A stretch of 60,138 bases of DNA, taken from positions 1 to 60,138 of the forward strand of contig CAWBHS010000109.1 of assembly GCA_963788655.1 (NCBI GenBank), given 5' to 3'. This DNA comes from an uncultured Verrucomicrobiae bacterium (lineage in GTDB: Bacteria; Verrucomicrobiota; Verrucomicrobiia; Limisphaerales; JAFGQR01). This document shows positions 20,892 through 34,522 of this stretch, piece after piece; position 1 is the first letter of the stretch; each line of letters starts with the position of its first letter. The notes beneath the pieces were generated by a model. That model saw nothing but the letters and a program-made list of their open reading frames with translations. It ran no database searches and had not been told where the DNA came from. Position numbers and translations under genes: made by a program.

Positions 20892-22724
20892 ATGGGTTCC
20901 CTTTGGAACAGGTGCGGACAATGGTTGGCGCTAACAGGCGCCTATCTTCAACGGCATTGGCAACGCCTGCTGTTTCTTCGGGACAAGGTCCGTATTTCGG
21001 AAGAAACCCTGCACATTATTTTGGCGGGGATCGTTGGTGTCATCGGTGGCATGGCCAACTACATCTTCCATGCGTTGAACCAAGGTTTTAAGTTGCTCGT
21101 CATCGGCCGTACCGGCGACATGGTGGAACTGGCGCGAAGTTTCGAGCCCATCTATCGCCTTCTGACTCCGGCAATTGGTGGACTTGCCGCTGGTTTGACT
21201 TTGTTTTGGGGGCTCCGGTTGATTGGCACTCCAGGACGAACCAATTTACTGGAAGTTGTTGTCGCTGGAAACGGTCGGCTGCCGTTACGGAATACAATTG
21301 TAAGTACCATTGCGGCAATGCTTAGCATCAATACTGGCGCTTCCATTGGCCGCGAAGGAGCGGTCATTCATCTCTGCGCAACGTTGGCCTCCAAACTTGG
21401 CCAAGTCGTCAAATGGCCACCCTACCGGTTGCGGTTGCTGATTGCTTGCGGGGCCGCTTCGGGTATTGCCGCCTGTTACAACGCTCCGATCGCCGGTGCG
21501 GTGTTTGCCGCACAAATCGTCTTGGGGAATTTCTCAATGAGTTTGTTCGCGCCGCTGGTCTTCTCGTCGGTGATCGCCGCCGTCGTTTCCAGGAACTTCT
21601 TCGGGATTGACCCGTGGTATGAAGTTCCCGTCTTCAATTTTACCCGTTTGATCCAACTGCCATGGTTTATTGTGTTGGGAATGCTTTCCGGCCTTTGCGG
21701 AGCTGTCTTTCTAAAATCGTTACGCTTCAGCGAACGGTTCTTTCAACGATTAACCGTTCCCTTGCATTGGCGATTGGCGATGGCGGGGTTGGCCGTGGGA
21801 GTGATTTCAATCCGGTTTCCCGAAGTGTGGGGAAACGGCTATCTGGCTACTAACGAGATTTTGAAGACTCAAGCGACAAACATGGCCGGGATATGGATTG
21901 TCTTCGGTCTGTTTTTGGCCAAGTTGGTTGCTACTAGTATCACGGTCGGTGCCGGCACGGTTGGTGGGGTATTTACGCCGACGTTGTTTTTGGGAGCGGC
22001 GCTGGGCAGCGTCGTGGGCGGCGTATTACATCATTTCGGCCTGGTTGGCGAGTCATTGCACATTGGTGCGTTCGCCCTTGTCGGCATGGCCAGCATGATG
22101 GCGGCTACTACGCATTCACCCTTGCTGGCGATGATTGTCGTTTTCGAGTTGTCCATGAACTATTCGCTCATGCCGCCTCTGATGTTGGCGTGCGCCGTGG
22201 CCACATTAGTAGCAAGAGGGTTTCACAGTGAATCAGTCTATACCGAACCACTTAGAAGAAAAGGACTTCAGCTTGAACGAGAAAGCGCCAGACTGGGAGC
22301 TGCCTCGGAGAAAACGATTGGTGACTTAATGCGAGAGGCAGTCCCGCCGCTTCAAGAAAACACCCCGTTTCGACAAATTGCGGATCGGTTTCTGCGCAGT
22401 AGTTACAACCATTTGCCGGTCGTAGATGGGAAGTTGAAACTGGTTGGAACGGTGATTTTGCACGATCTGAAAGAGTTCCTCAACGCCGGTTATGAACTGA
22501 ATACGGTCATCGCCAGTGATGTCATGCGCCCGCCACCACCATGCCTGACGCCGGATCAGAAACTGGCAGACGTGTTGCCTCTTCTGCTTTCCAGCGAACT
22601 GCGCAACATTCCCGTCGTGAGCAGCCGTGTGGAGAATCGCTTGGTCGGGGCAATTGCGCGGGCCGAAGCGCTCTCACTGATCTCGGAGGCCATCGCTGCC
22701 CGCTCGGCACCGAGAATGGAATAG
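20892..22724 (+). CDS. ClC-family chloride channel/antiporter with CBS pair
   Basis: GASIGREGA, GGVFTPTLFLGA, C-terminal CBS domains. Confidence 0.93.
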   Translation: MGSLWNRCGQWLALTGAYLQRHWQRLLFLRDKVRISEETLHIILAGIVGVIGGMANYIFHALNQGFKLLVIGRTGDMVELARSFEPIYRLLTPAIGGLAAGLTLFWGLRLIGTPGRTNLLEVVVAGNGRLPLRNTIVSTIAAMLSINTGASIGREGAVIHLCATLASKLGQVVKWPPYRLRLLIACGAASGIAACYNAPIAGAVFAAQIVLGNFSMSLFAPLVFSSVIAAVVSRNFFGIDPWYEVPVFNFTRLIQLPWFIVLGMLSGLCGAVFLKSLRFSERFFQRLTVPLHWRLAMAGLAVGVISIRFPEVWGNGYLATNEILKTQATNMAGIWIVFGLFLAKLVATSITVGAGTVGGVFTPTLFLGAALGSVVGGVLHHFGLVGESLHIGAFALVGMASMMAATTHSPLLAMIVVFELSMNYSLMPPLMLACAVATLVARGFHSESVYTEPLRRKGLQLERESARLGAASEKTIGDLMREAVPPLQENTPFRQIADRFLRSSYNHLPVVDGKLKLVGTVILHDLKEFLNAGYELNTVIASDVMRPPPPCLTPDQKLADVLPLLLSSELRNIPVVSSRVENRLVGAIARAEALSLISEAIAARSAPRME

Positions 22725-22801
22725 GATTCTTGAGTCAAAGCTGATGGCTCTGCGGGTTGTTGTTGAATTCGTCTCGGCGGTGATAAATATTGCGGCCGCA
22801 G

Positions 22802-24721
22802 ATGTTTGTCTATCCGAAGAAATATGAAGTGATCGTTGTTGGTGGCGGGCACGCCGGAGTCGAGGCGGCATTGGCCGCTGCTCGAATGGGTCTCCCGACA
22901 TTATTGATCACTCTCAATTTGGACACGATTGGTCAAATGTCTTGTAATCCAGCCATTGGCGGGTTGGCCAAAGGACATCTCGCTCGTGAGATTGATGCGC
23001 TCGGCGGTGAAATGGGCAAGAATACCGACCTGACTGGACTACAGTTTCGGATGCTCAATCTGAGGAAAGGACCCTCCGTTCGCGCGCCCCGAGCTCAATG
23101 CGACAAGAAAGCCTATCAGTTTCGGCTCAAATGGATTTGCGAACGGCAACCAAATTTAGATTGCAAACAGGGACAAACTACCCGGGTTTTGCACAAAGAT
23201 TATCAAGTTTTTGGAGTCGAGACTTCTTTGGGCGTTCAGTATTTCGGCACGACTGTAATCGTAACGACCGGCACTTTCTTGAGGGGACTGATTCATGTTG
23301 GATCGAACAAACAGGAAGGGGGTCGCGCTGGAGAGTCTGCGGCGATGACGTTGTCCGGCTCGCTGAAGGAACTCGGGTTGGAACTCGGCCGTCTAAAAAC
23401 CGGCACACCTCCAAGACTCAACGCCAACTCAATCGACTTCTCAAAGACCGAACGTCAACCGGGAGACGAACCGGTCCCATATTTCACCTACTGGAAAGAG
23501 GATTTGTTCCACGTGGAACATTCGGCGTCGAAATCATGTTCATCTTCATCAGATGGCCAAGAGTATCCTCCCGGCTCAGTATTGGAGCAAATCAATGGGC
23601 AACTTCCCTGCTACGTCACTTACACTTCCAAGACTACCGCCTCGATCATCAAGGCAAACCTGGACAAGTCTCCCTTGTATTCCGGTACAATTGAAGGAGT
23701 GGGCCCTCGATATTGTCCCTCTATCGAGGATAAGATTGTCCGGTTTCCTGAAAAGGAACGTCAGCAAATCTTCCTCGAACCGGAAGGCATCAACACCGAC
23801 GAAATCTACGTCAATGGATTCTCGACTTCATTGCCGTTTGCCGTCCAAATCGAAATGGTGCGCAGCATTGTCGGTTGCGAACATGCGGAAATCATGCGTC
23901 CGGCTTACGCTATCGAATATGATTTTGCCTTTCCAACTCAGCTTCTCCCGTCGCTTGAAACTAAAGTATGCCGCAATCTGTATTTGGCCGGCCAAATCAA
24001 TGGGACATCCGGCTACGAGGAAGCGGGCGCCCAAGGATTGATGGCAGGCGTGAATGCGGCGCGACGAGTCCGCGGGAAAGAGCCGATCGTTTTACGGCGT
24101 GATCAAGCTTACATTGGAGTCCTGATTGATGACTTGGTGACGAAAGGCACGAGCGAACCGTATCGGATGTTTACATCGAGGGCTGAATATCGGCTCTTGC
24201 TGCGACAGGATAACGCCGATCTTCGACTCAGTGAACTTGGGTATGACGTAGGGCTTCTTCTTGATAGGAACTACCGACGATTCCAATCCAAACGAGACAC
24301 CATCTACGGTGAAATTGCTCGATTGGAATCCACGCGAGCTAATGGAGAGCTTTTGTCGCAGATGCTAAGACGCCCGGAAGTCCGTTATACAGACTTGCCT
24401 GGGGTCAGCCACAACCTCTCTCAGGATGAGATTGAACAAGTCGAAACCGAGATCAAATACGCAGGCTATATCTTACGGCAAGAAGCCGACATCCAAAAAC
24501 TTCGGGGTTTGGAGGAAAAGCAAATTCCTTCTTGGATTGAGTACAAAGACGTGGTCGGGCTCCGAACCGAAGCACGCCTGAAGTTGAGCACGGTTCGTCC
24601 GACCACTTTGGGACAGGCGTCCAGAATCTCCGGCGTTTCTCCGGCCGACATTGGAATTCTCATGGTTTGGATGAAAAGAGGTCCGGTCACCAGTGATTCG
24701 CAGCCGACTGCGGCAAACTGA
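22802..24721 (+). CDS. mnmG: tRNA uridine-5-carboxymethylaminomethyl modification enzyme
   Basis: GGGHAG.EAA, MSCNPAIGG, LKTGTPPR, GPRYCPSIEDK, AGQINGTSGYEEA, YRMFTSRAEYRL. Confidence 0.98.
   Translation: MFVYPKKYEVIVVGGGHAGVEAALAAARMGLPTLLITLNLDTIGQMSCNPAIGGLAKGHLAREIDALGGEMGKNTDLTGLQFRMLNLRKGPSVRAPRAQCDKKAYQFRLKWICERQPNLDCKQGQTTRVLHKDYQVFGVETSLGVQYFGTTVIVTTGTFLRGLIHVGSNKQEGGRAGESAAMTLSGSLKELGLELGRLKTGTPPRLNANSIDFSKTERQPGDEPVPYFTYWKEDLFHVEHSASKSCSSSSDGQEYPPGSVLEQINGQLPCYVTYTSKTTASIIKANLDKSPLYSGTIEGVGPRYCPSIEDKIVRFPEKERQQIFLEPEGINTDEIYVNGFSTSLPFAVQIEMVRSIVGCEHAEIMRPAYAIEYDFAFPTQLLPSLETKVCRNLYLAGQINGTSGYEEAGAQGLMAGVNAARRVRGKEPIVLRRDQAYIGVLIDDLVTKGTSEPYRMFTSRAEYRLLLRQDNADLRLSELGYDVGLLLDRNYRRFQSKRDTIYGEIARLESTRANGELLSQMLRRPEVRYTDLPGVSHNLSQDEIEQVETEIKYAGYILRQEADIQKLRGLEEKQIPSWIEYKDVVGLRTEARLKLSTVRPTTLGQASRISGVSPADIGILMVWMKRGPVTSDSQPTAAN
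23505..23520. promoter_or_regulatory. parS centromere-like site (ParB binding)
   Basis: Perfect 16-bp palindrome TGTTCCACGTGGAACA matching the parS consensus. Confidence 0.85.
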
Positions 24722-24910
24722 ATGAAACCGCAAGCTTCGTAAGTCAATAATCCAAGCCAGTTCAGAACTGAATGGGAAGCATCTCAGCTTCGCAGCCTAC
24801 GCCAGTGCGTTCACCGCCCCCATTGGAACGGAAGTTCAGAGTGTCACTGCCACCACATTGAATGTCACACATGCGCCTTTATGACTCATAATATTATTAT
24901 GTTCACATGA

Positions 24911-26977
<2,067 letters not shown>

Positions 26978-27125
26978 TCCACTTTCCGCGCAGGAGGGCC
27001 ATCTGAAGGCATCGAAGTGATCCGGGTGATCCTGCTGGGCTGAGCAATTTCCCGCGGCGAGTGCGGCGGGGCTTGATTCAACAACTCGTTAGTCAAAACA
27101 AACCATAGGAACATTAGAACCAGAT

Positions 27126-27420
27126 ATGGCAATTAAACTCAAACCCCTCGGCGACCGGGTCCTCGTCGAACCGGTCGAAGAGAAGGAAGTCAAGAAGGGC
27201 GGGATCATCATCCCCGATACCGCCAAGGAAAAACCGACCGGAAGGCATCGTCGTCGCGCTCGGCACCGGCAAGACCGACGACGACGGCAAGAAGGTCGCC
27301 TTTGAAGTCAAATGGGCGACCGCGTGCTCGTCAGCAAATACGGCGGCACCGAAATCAAAATGGACGGCAAGGAATACAAGATCCTGAGCTCGCGACGACA
27401 TCCTCGGCGTCATCGAATAA
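27126..27420 (+). CDS. groES: Co-chaperonin GroES (frameshifted)
   Basis: Own translation [14 protein letters not shown]...[13 protein letters not shown]...SKYGGTEIK...DILGVIE. Confidence 0.93.
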
Positions 27421-27454
27421 CAGGCTTAACTTTAACAATCAAATCAACTAAACT

Positions 27455-29109
<1,655 letters not shown>

Positions 29110-29142
29110 GTCACTGAACGCACGAGGAACCGAGACACTCAT

Positions 29143-29178
29143 AAGCGAGGCCGGCGCGAGCTGGCCTCGCTTTTTTTT
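29143..29178 (+). terminator. Intrinsic terminator after groEL
   Basis: GCGAGGCCGGC-GCGA-GCTGGCCTCGC followed by T8. Confidence 0.9.
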
Positions 29179-29214
29179 GCCGGCGCAGCGGGGGACGACT
29201 CCTCAATGAACCAT

Positions 29215-29305
29215 GGTAAGGCGCGTCACTCCGTCTGCGCCGTCTTGTTCCTATGACGCGCTGTTCTTTGCCTTCGCGGCGCGCAGGGGACTGCTCGCCC
29301 CTACC
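29215..29305. repeat. Degenerate REP doublet; supplies the glcF stop codon
   Basis: GGTAAGGCGCGTCACTCCG...GGACTGCTCGCCCCTACC; related half-copy near 7825-7850. Confidence 0.6.
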
Positions 29306-30650
29306 TCAACAGGGTTCGGCAAGCGCCAAAGACTGAGCCGGCTCTACCGGCGCGATACGCTTCTGCCAGCAGCGTCACGGTGTGCGCCACCCGCAGCGGC
29401 AAGCCGCGTTGCTTGATCCCGTTGACAAGTTGCAACAAACAGCCGGGATTGCTGTTGGCCACCACCGTCGCCCCGGTGCCGAGGATGTGCTTGATCTTGC
29501 GGTCCAGGAGTTCGCCGGCCATCACCGGCTGAATCAAGTTGTAAATTCCCGCGCTGCCGCAACACCAATTGCTCTCGGGCAACTCCACCAGCGTCAGATT
29601 GGGAATGGCGCGTAACACCGTGCGGGGCTGCGCGGTAATCTTTTGTCCGTGGACCAGATGACACGATTCATGGTAGGTCACAGTCATCGGGGGGGCGTGG
29701 TTGCCGTTCGGAGGTTGGAAATCGATTTCCACCAGCCATTCGTGGATATCCTTTAGTTTACGGTCCCAAAGCTCGGCCCGCTTCCGATACGCCGGATCAT
29801 CAGCCAACAACGCTTCGTAGTGCTTTAAATGCGAGCCACAGCCACCGGCATTGCTGATGATCGCGTCGAACTGTTCGGGTGGGAAGAGGTCGATCATCTT
29901 GCGGGCAAGCTGCCGGGCCAGCTCCAGTTCACCGTTGTGCGCGTGAAGTGATCCGCAACAATACTGTTCCGGAGGCGTAATCACCTCGCAACCGTTGCGG
30001 ACCAGCACCTCGACCGTGTCCCGATTGATGTCACTGAAGATCAAGTCTTGCGCGCAACCCGTAAGCATGGCGACGCGATATTTCTTTTGCCCCAGCGCGG
30101 GCGTAATTGGCGCGATCAGGTCGGCGGAAAAGGCGGGTTGAACTGCCGGCGTCATGGCTTCCAGTTCGCGCAATCGCCGGGGGAACAATTTCAAAATTCC
30201 ACTGCCCCGCACGAGGGTCTGCAATCCCAATTGTTGATAAAGCCGCAAGAGCCGACCGATCCATTCCAGCCGGTGCAGGTCCATAAACAGCCAACTCACC
30301 GTGAAGCTGCGGATGAGGTTGCGCTTCGGATTGGCCATCGTGCCGGTGGCTTCGGCTTCCGCTCGCGCGTGCTCAAACATCTCGGCGTAATTGACGCCCG
30401 CCGGACAGGCCGTCATGCAAGCCAGGCAACCCAGACAAAAATACATTTCCTCCGCAAACGCCTGGTTTGCCTCGAGTCGCCCATCAGCGATGGCCCGCAT
30501 CAGGGAAATGCGTCCCCGCGGGCTGTTGCGCTCCAGCTTGGTCGCGGTGTAGGTCGGGCATGTCGGCAGGCACAAGCCGCAATGCATGCACTGCTGCACC
30601 ACGGAGTAGTCCAGATCTTTAAGATGCGAATGCGCATGTCCGCTCTTCAT
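29301..30650 (-). CDS. glcF: Glycolate oxidase Fe-S subunit-like (4Fe-4S dicluster plus CCG domains)
   Basis: CMHCGLCLPTCP, CLGCLACMTACP, two CCGS motifs, NPGC. Confidence 0.88.
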   Translation of the reverse strand: MKSGHAHSHLKDLDYSVVQQCMHCGLCLPTCPTYTATKLERNSPRGRISLMRAIADGRLEANQAFAEEMYFCLGCLACMTACPAGVNYAEMFEHARAEAEATGTMANPKRNLIRSFTVSWLFMDLHRLEWIGRLLRLYQQLGLQTLVRGSGILKLFPRRLRELEAMTPAVQPAFSADLIAPITPALGQKKYRVAMLTGCAQDLIFSDINRDTVEVLVRNGCEVITPPEQYCCGSLHAHNGELELARQLARKMIDLFPPEQFDAIISNAGGCGSHLKHYEALLADDPAYRKRAELWDRKLKDIHEWLVEIDFQPPNGNHAPPMTVTYHESCHLVHGQKITAQPRTVLRAIPNLTLVELPESNWCCGSAGIYNLIQPVMAGELLDRKIKHILGTGATVVANSNPGCLLQLVNGIKQRGLPLRVAHTVTLLAEAYRAGRAGSVFGACRTLLR

Positions 30651-30675
30651 CGGTGCGTCCTGCCTTTGCTGCATT

Positions 30676-32058
30676 TTAATCAAACACTTTCCCCGGATTT
30701 AGAATGCCCTGGGGATCCAGCACCCGCCGTAATTCACGCAGCACGCGCATTTGCGCGGCCCCGGCAAATTTCGGCAGATACTTCTTCTTGGCCAGGCCCA
30801 CGCCATGTTCCCCGGTGATCGTACCGCCCAGCCGAATGGCTTCCTGGAAAATTTCATCGAAGGCTTGCTCGACCCGGTGCATTTCTTCCGCGTCACGTTC
30901 GTTGGTCAGGCAGGTGGGATGCACGTTGCCATCGCCGAAATGGCCGAACGTGCCGATGCGAAGCTTGTGCCGGGCGGCGGTAGCCTGGATGAAGCGCACC
31001 ATCGCTGCCAGTTCGCTCCGCGGCACGGTGACATCTTCGAGAATGGTCGTGGGGCCGACGCGTGCCAGCGCCGAGAACGCACTACGCCGCGCCGTGGCCA
31101 GGCGGGCCCCCTCGGCTTCGTCCTGGGCCACACGGATTTCCTGGCAGCCATTCTGTTTGGCGATTTCCTCCATCTGCGCCGCTTCCTCGGCCACCACGGA
31201 CGGATGGCCATCGGTTTCCATCAACAACAAGGCCTCGCAATCCAGGGGCAAGCCAACCTTCGCAAAGTCCTCGACGCAATGAATGGTCGTGCGATCCAGA
31301 AATTCCAACGTACACGGAATGATCTGAGCGGCGATGATGTCGGAAACCGTTTGCGCCGCCTGGTCCATCTGCCCGAAAGTCGCCACCATGGTTTTCTTGG
31401 CGGCGGGCTTGGGAATGAGTCGCAGAAGCACTTTGGTGATCACGCCGAGCGTTCCCTCCGAACCAATGAACAGATCGCGCAACGAATAACCGGCGACATC
31501 TTTCACACACTTGTTGCCGGTCCACAACACCTCGCCGTCAGGCAGCACGACTTCCAGGCCCATGACGTAATTTCGGGTGACGCCGTATTTCAAGCCGCGC
31601 AACCCACCGGAGTTTTCCGCCACGTTGCCGCCGATGGTTGAGATCTTCATCGAACCCGGGTCCGGCGGATAAAACAGGCCGGCTCCCGCGGCGGCATCCG
31701 AAATCGCTTGAGTCGTGGCACCGGGTTCCGCCAGCAGCGTGAGATTGGCCCGGTCCAATTCCAGAATCCGATCCAGTTTGACCAGGCACATCACGAAGCC
31801 GTTTTTCACCGGCACACTCCCACCGCTCAGGCCGGTGCCAGAGCCGCGCGTAACCACCGGCGTTTTATGTTCGTTGGCCAATTTCAACAGACTGACGACA
31901 GCGTCTGCGGTTGGGGGAAGCACTACGCACTCGGGCAGTTGCTGCATTGCGGCGGTGCCGTCGAAGGAATACGGAATCAAGTCCTCGGGTGCGGTCAGGA
32001 CGTTTTCCGGCCCGGTGATCTTGCGAAAATCATTTAGCAGATGGTCAGGCAAGGGCAT
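30676..32058 (-). CDS. glcD: FAD-linked oxidase, glycolate oxidase subunit D-like
   Basis: RGSGTGLSGG, YPPDP.S, GGNVAEN.GG, GSEGTLG, GH.GDGN.H, GEHGVG, LNPGK. Confidence 0.9.
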   Translation of the reverse strand: MPLPDHLLNDFRKITGPENVLTAPEDLIPYSFDGTAAMQQLPECVVLPPTADAVVSLLKLANEHKTPVVTRGSGTGLSGGSVPVKNGFVMCLVKLDRILELDRANLTLLAEPGATTQAISDAAAGAGLFYPPDPGSMKISTIGGNVAENSGGLRGLKYGVTRNYVMGLEVVLPDGEVLWTGNKCVKDVAGYSLRDLFIGSEGTLGVITKVLLRLIPKPAAKKTMVATFGQMDQAAQTVSDIIAAQIIPCTLEFLDRTTIHCVEDFAKVGLPLDCEALLLMETDGHPSVVAEEAAQMEEIAKQNGCQEIRVAQDEAEGARLATARRSAFSALARVGPTTILEDVTVPRSELAAMVRFIQATAARHKLRIGTFGHFGDGNVHPTCLTNERDAEEMHRVEQAFDEIFQEAIRLGGTITGEHGVGLAKKKYLPKFAGAAQMRVLRELRRVLDPQGILNPGKVFD

Positions 32059-32118
32059 AATGTCTGACCGCCAGCATGGACATGAAGCAAGTCCCGGTCA
32101 AGTCCTCCAGGACTGGCC

Positions 32119-32534
32119 AGACGTCTTGTCCGACGTTTCCAGTAATCGCACGCTTTCTGGACTGAGCTGCCCCCGTTCCAAACTGCCGGCAAGGTGCCGG
32201 CAGCACACTGCGCAACGTGCTGCTGGCGTCCCGCCGGCAGAAACGAATACAAGACAGACGTTGCTCATCCCCGACCCCGACCCCTGCTGACGCCACCCCG
32301 TGGAACAGCCGTCCCGGTCGTCCCGAATGGGTAGAGGCGCTCCTCATTTGTTCAACATTGGGAGGACGGTTGAGATATTGGGAAGCATTCGGGACAGGCG
32401 AGATGTCCTGTCCGACGTTTCCAGTAATCGCACGCTTTCTGGACTGAGCTGCCCCCGTTCCAAACTGCCGGCAAGATGCCGGCAGCACGCTGCGCAACGT
32501 GCTGCCGGCGTCCCGCCGGCAGAAACGAATACAA
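32119..32534. repeat. Two 134-bp direct repeats (32119-32252, 32401-32534) containing back-to-back CTGCCGGC REP-like hairpins (BIME-like mosaic)
   Basis: Direct alignment shows only a few mismatches; a GGGACAGGCGAGATGTCCTGTCC REP related to 7988-8010 overlaps copy 2. Confidence 0.88.
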
Positions 32535-32637
32535 AACGCGCGATCGGATTTCCAAGGCCAGCCACTTTCCGCGATCCGGTATCGGGCATCTCGAATCCCG
32601 TGTCCGGCGCCGCGCCCATCGGCCCCAACCCCAACCT

Positions 32638-33471
32638 TCATGGCCGGTTTTCTTCACCCTTGAGCGGCATGCTGTCATTCGTGCCCGGATTGCTTTCAAG
32701 CGCGACCAATTGTGCCCGCAAAGCGGCGAGATCCTGCCATTGCGCCTGCAGACGGGCCTGTTCTTTTTCCAGATTTGTAAAGCGCTTTCCGAGCGCTTCA
32801 ACCAACGGTTGGCCATCGGATCGGTCAGCGGGCAAGAGCCGTGTTTGGATTGCCGCCAGATTCTTGCGGGCTTCTTCCAACTCGGCGGTGGCCTTGCGGC
32901 CATCAGCCTCCAATTGTTCGATACGCTGCAGCATTAGTTCCCGTTCCACGTTAAGCGCCGCGACGGTGCGTTCTTGTTGCTGAAGTTGCTTTTGGGAGAG
33001 CAGCAAGGCGTTGGTGCCGGCGCCCAACTGACGGTCCGCTTCCGCCAATTGTTTTTGCAGCTTGTGGCCGGCCGCTTGGGCGGTGTCCAATTGCTGCTGC
33101 AATTCCCGTTGGCGCGACTTAAGTGCGATGATCTGGCTGTCCCGGTCCCATAGTTCATCGGCCGACGCGTCCAATTCGGCTTGCATGTCGGCCATCACCT
33201 CGGTGCGGCTGGCCAGGTCGTTCGTCGCCTGCGCCAATTCGTTGGAGGTCATGGTCAATTGTGTTTCCCGCAAGCGCACCGCGCTTTTAAACCGGGCCGA
33301 GGTTTGCCCGGCCACACTAAGGGTGGACTGGGATTCGTGCCACCTATTGGACCAGCGAACCGCGGAGGTTTCGGCGAATTCCAGCCGCTGCTCCCCGGTG
33401 CGGTACTGGTATACCAAGGCCGCTCCCAGGCCCAGCACCAGTAGAACGAGGATGACAATCGCGGTTTTCAT
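32638..33471 (-). CDS. Membrane-anchored coiled-coil protein (paralog A)
   Basis: N-terminal TM MKTAIVILVLLVLGLG; long heptad-rich helix. Confidence 0.75.
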   Translation of the reverse strand: MKTAIVILVLLVLGLGAALVYQYRTGEQRLEFAETSAVRWSNRWHESQSTLSVAGQTSARFKSAVRLRETQLTMTSNELAQATNDLASRTEVMADMQAELDASADELWDRDSQIIALKSRQRELQQQLDTAQAAGHKLQKQLAEADRQLGAGTNALLLSQKQLQQQERTVAALNVERELMLQRIEQLEADGRKATAELEEARKNLAAIQTRLLPADRSDGQPLVEALGKRFTNLEKEQARLQAQWQDLAALRAQLVALESNPGTNDSMPLKGEENRP

Positions 33472-33639
33472 AGTGCTATTGGACCGCATCCGGCTCACAA
33501 ACACAACATTCCGGTGCGGCGTAGTACAAGGTTAAGCAGATAGGTTGCGACTTCGAAGCAATGCCGTGCGGAAACTGAAAGGGCAGCCGAATGGCTTTTG
33601 GCCGGATTCGCTGCCCTGAAAATTCACTTTCGCTGGTGG

Positions 33640-34422
33640 TTACTTGGGAGGCGCGTTGGTGGTGGCGGGCGTGTTCGTATTGACGGTAGCCGTGCCGTCC
33701 TGGCGCAATTCAACATTCAAATCAAGCCCCCCGCGCGGCTGAGGCGTTTCGCCCAAACCTTGCAGGAGCAACTCGGCCCCCTTGCGCTCAGTGCTGCCAT
33801 AGAGCCCGGAGCGAATCCATTCGATCCGTTTGGCAATGGACAATTCCTCGCGCAGCTTGGAAATCTGGGAACGCAACATGGCCAAGTCGTTGAACTGGCG
33901 CTCGAGGTCGGATTTCTCCGCCTGCAGCCGCTTGAGTTCCTTCAACAGGAATTCGCGATCCCCTTCGGACGCCGACAATTTGGTTTCCGTGTCGGAGATT
34001 TGCTTGTTGAGCTTTTCAATGGCCGAATTCAAGCCCGTCAACTGCTCGGTTTGATTATCAATCTGCTTGGTCAACGCATCGATCTTGGCCTGGCGCTTGG
34101 CGTTCTCGGCTTGGGCTGCCTGGAAGGCCTCGGCGTTGGCCTTGGATTCCGCCTGGGCTTTGGCCAGTTCGGCGGACAATTTGACCGTTTCCGTGGTCTT
34201 GTTGGTCAAGGCCTGTTGCGTTTTCTTCAGATCCTGGGTCAGACGGGTATTCACCGTCTGTTGCTCGTCCAGCTTGGCACGCGTTTCGTCCACGGTGTTG
34301 GACAGGGCGGTGATTTGGATAATGTCTTCGTTCTTTTCTTGCACCGCCTGATTGTGCCGCTTCATCAGAGCGATCCCCAATCCGATCGAACAGATGAGTA
34401 GAATTACAATTAGTGCCTTCAT
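33640..34422 (-). CDS. Membrane-anchored coiled-coil protein (paralog B)
   Basis: N-terminal TM MKALIVILLICSIGLG; coiled coil; LNVEL.QDG C-terminal motif. Confidence 0.8.
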   Translation of the reverse strand: MKALIVILLICSIGLGIALMKRHNQAVQEKNEDIIQITALSNTVDETRAKLDEQQTVNTRLTQDLKKTQQALTNKTTETVKLSAELAKAQAESKANAEAFQAAQAENAKRQAKIDALTKQIDNQTEQLTGLNSAIEKLNKQISDTETKLSASEGDREFLLKELKRLQAEKSDLERQFNDLAMLRSQISKLREELSIAKRIEWIRSGLYGSTERKGAELLLQGLGETPQPRGGLDLNVELRQDGTATVNTNTPATTNAPPK

Positions 34423-34522
34423 AATCGCATTTAGTTCACCGAGCTTGCGCGGTCTGGCCACAAATGGCAAGTGTTACATCCCAATTTCTTGATTCTCGGA
34501 CGTTCCTGTCTAAATTTGATTC

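Noticed and set aside
32119..32534. CRISPR array
   Set aside because: Only two long repeats, no regular repeat-spacer period, and no cas genes.
32045..32983. ORFs spanning the repeat mosaic
   Set aside because: They translate REP sequence or the antisense strand of the coiled-coil gene.
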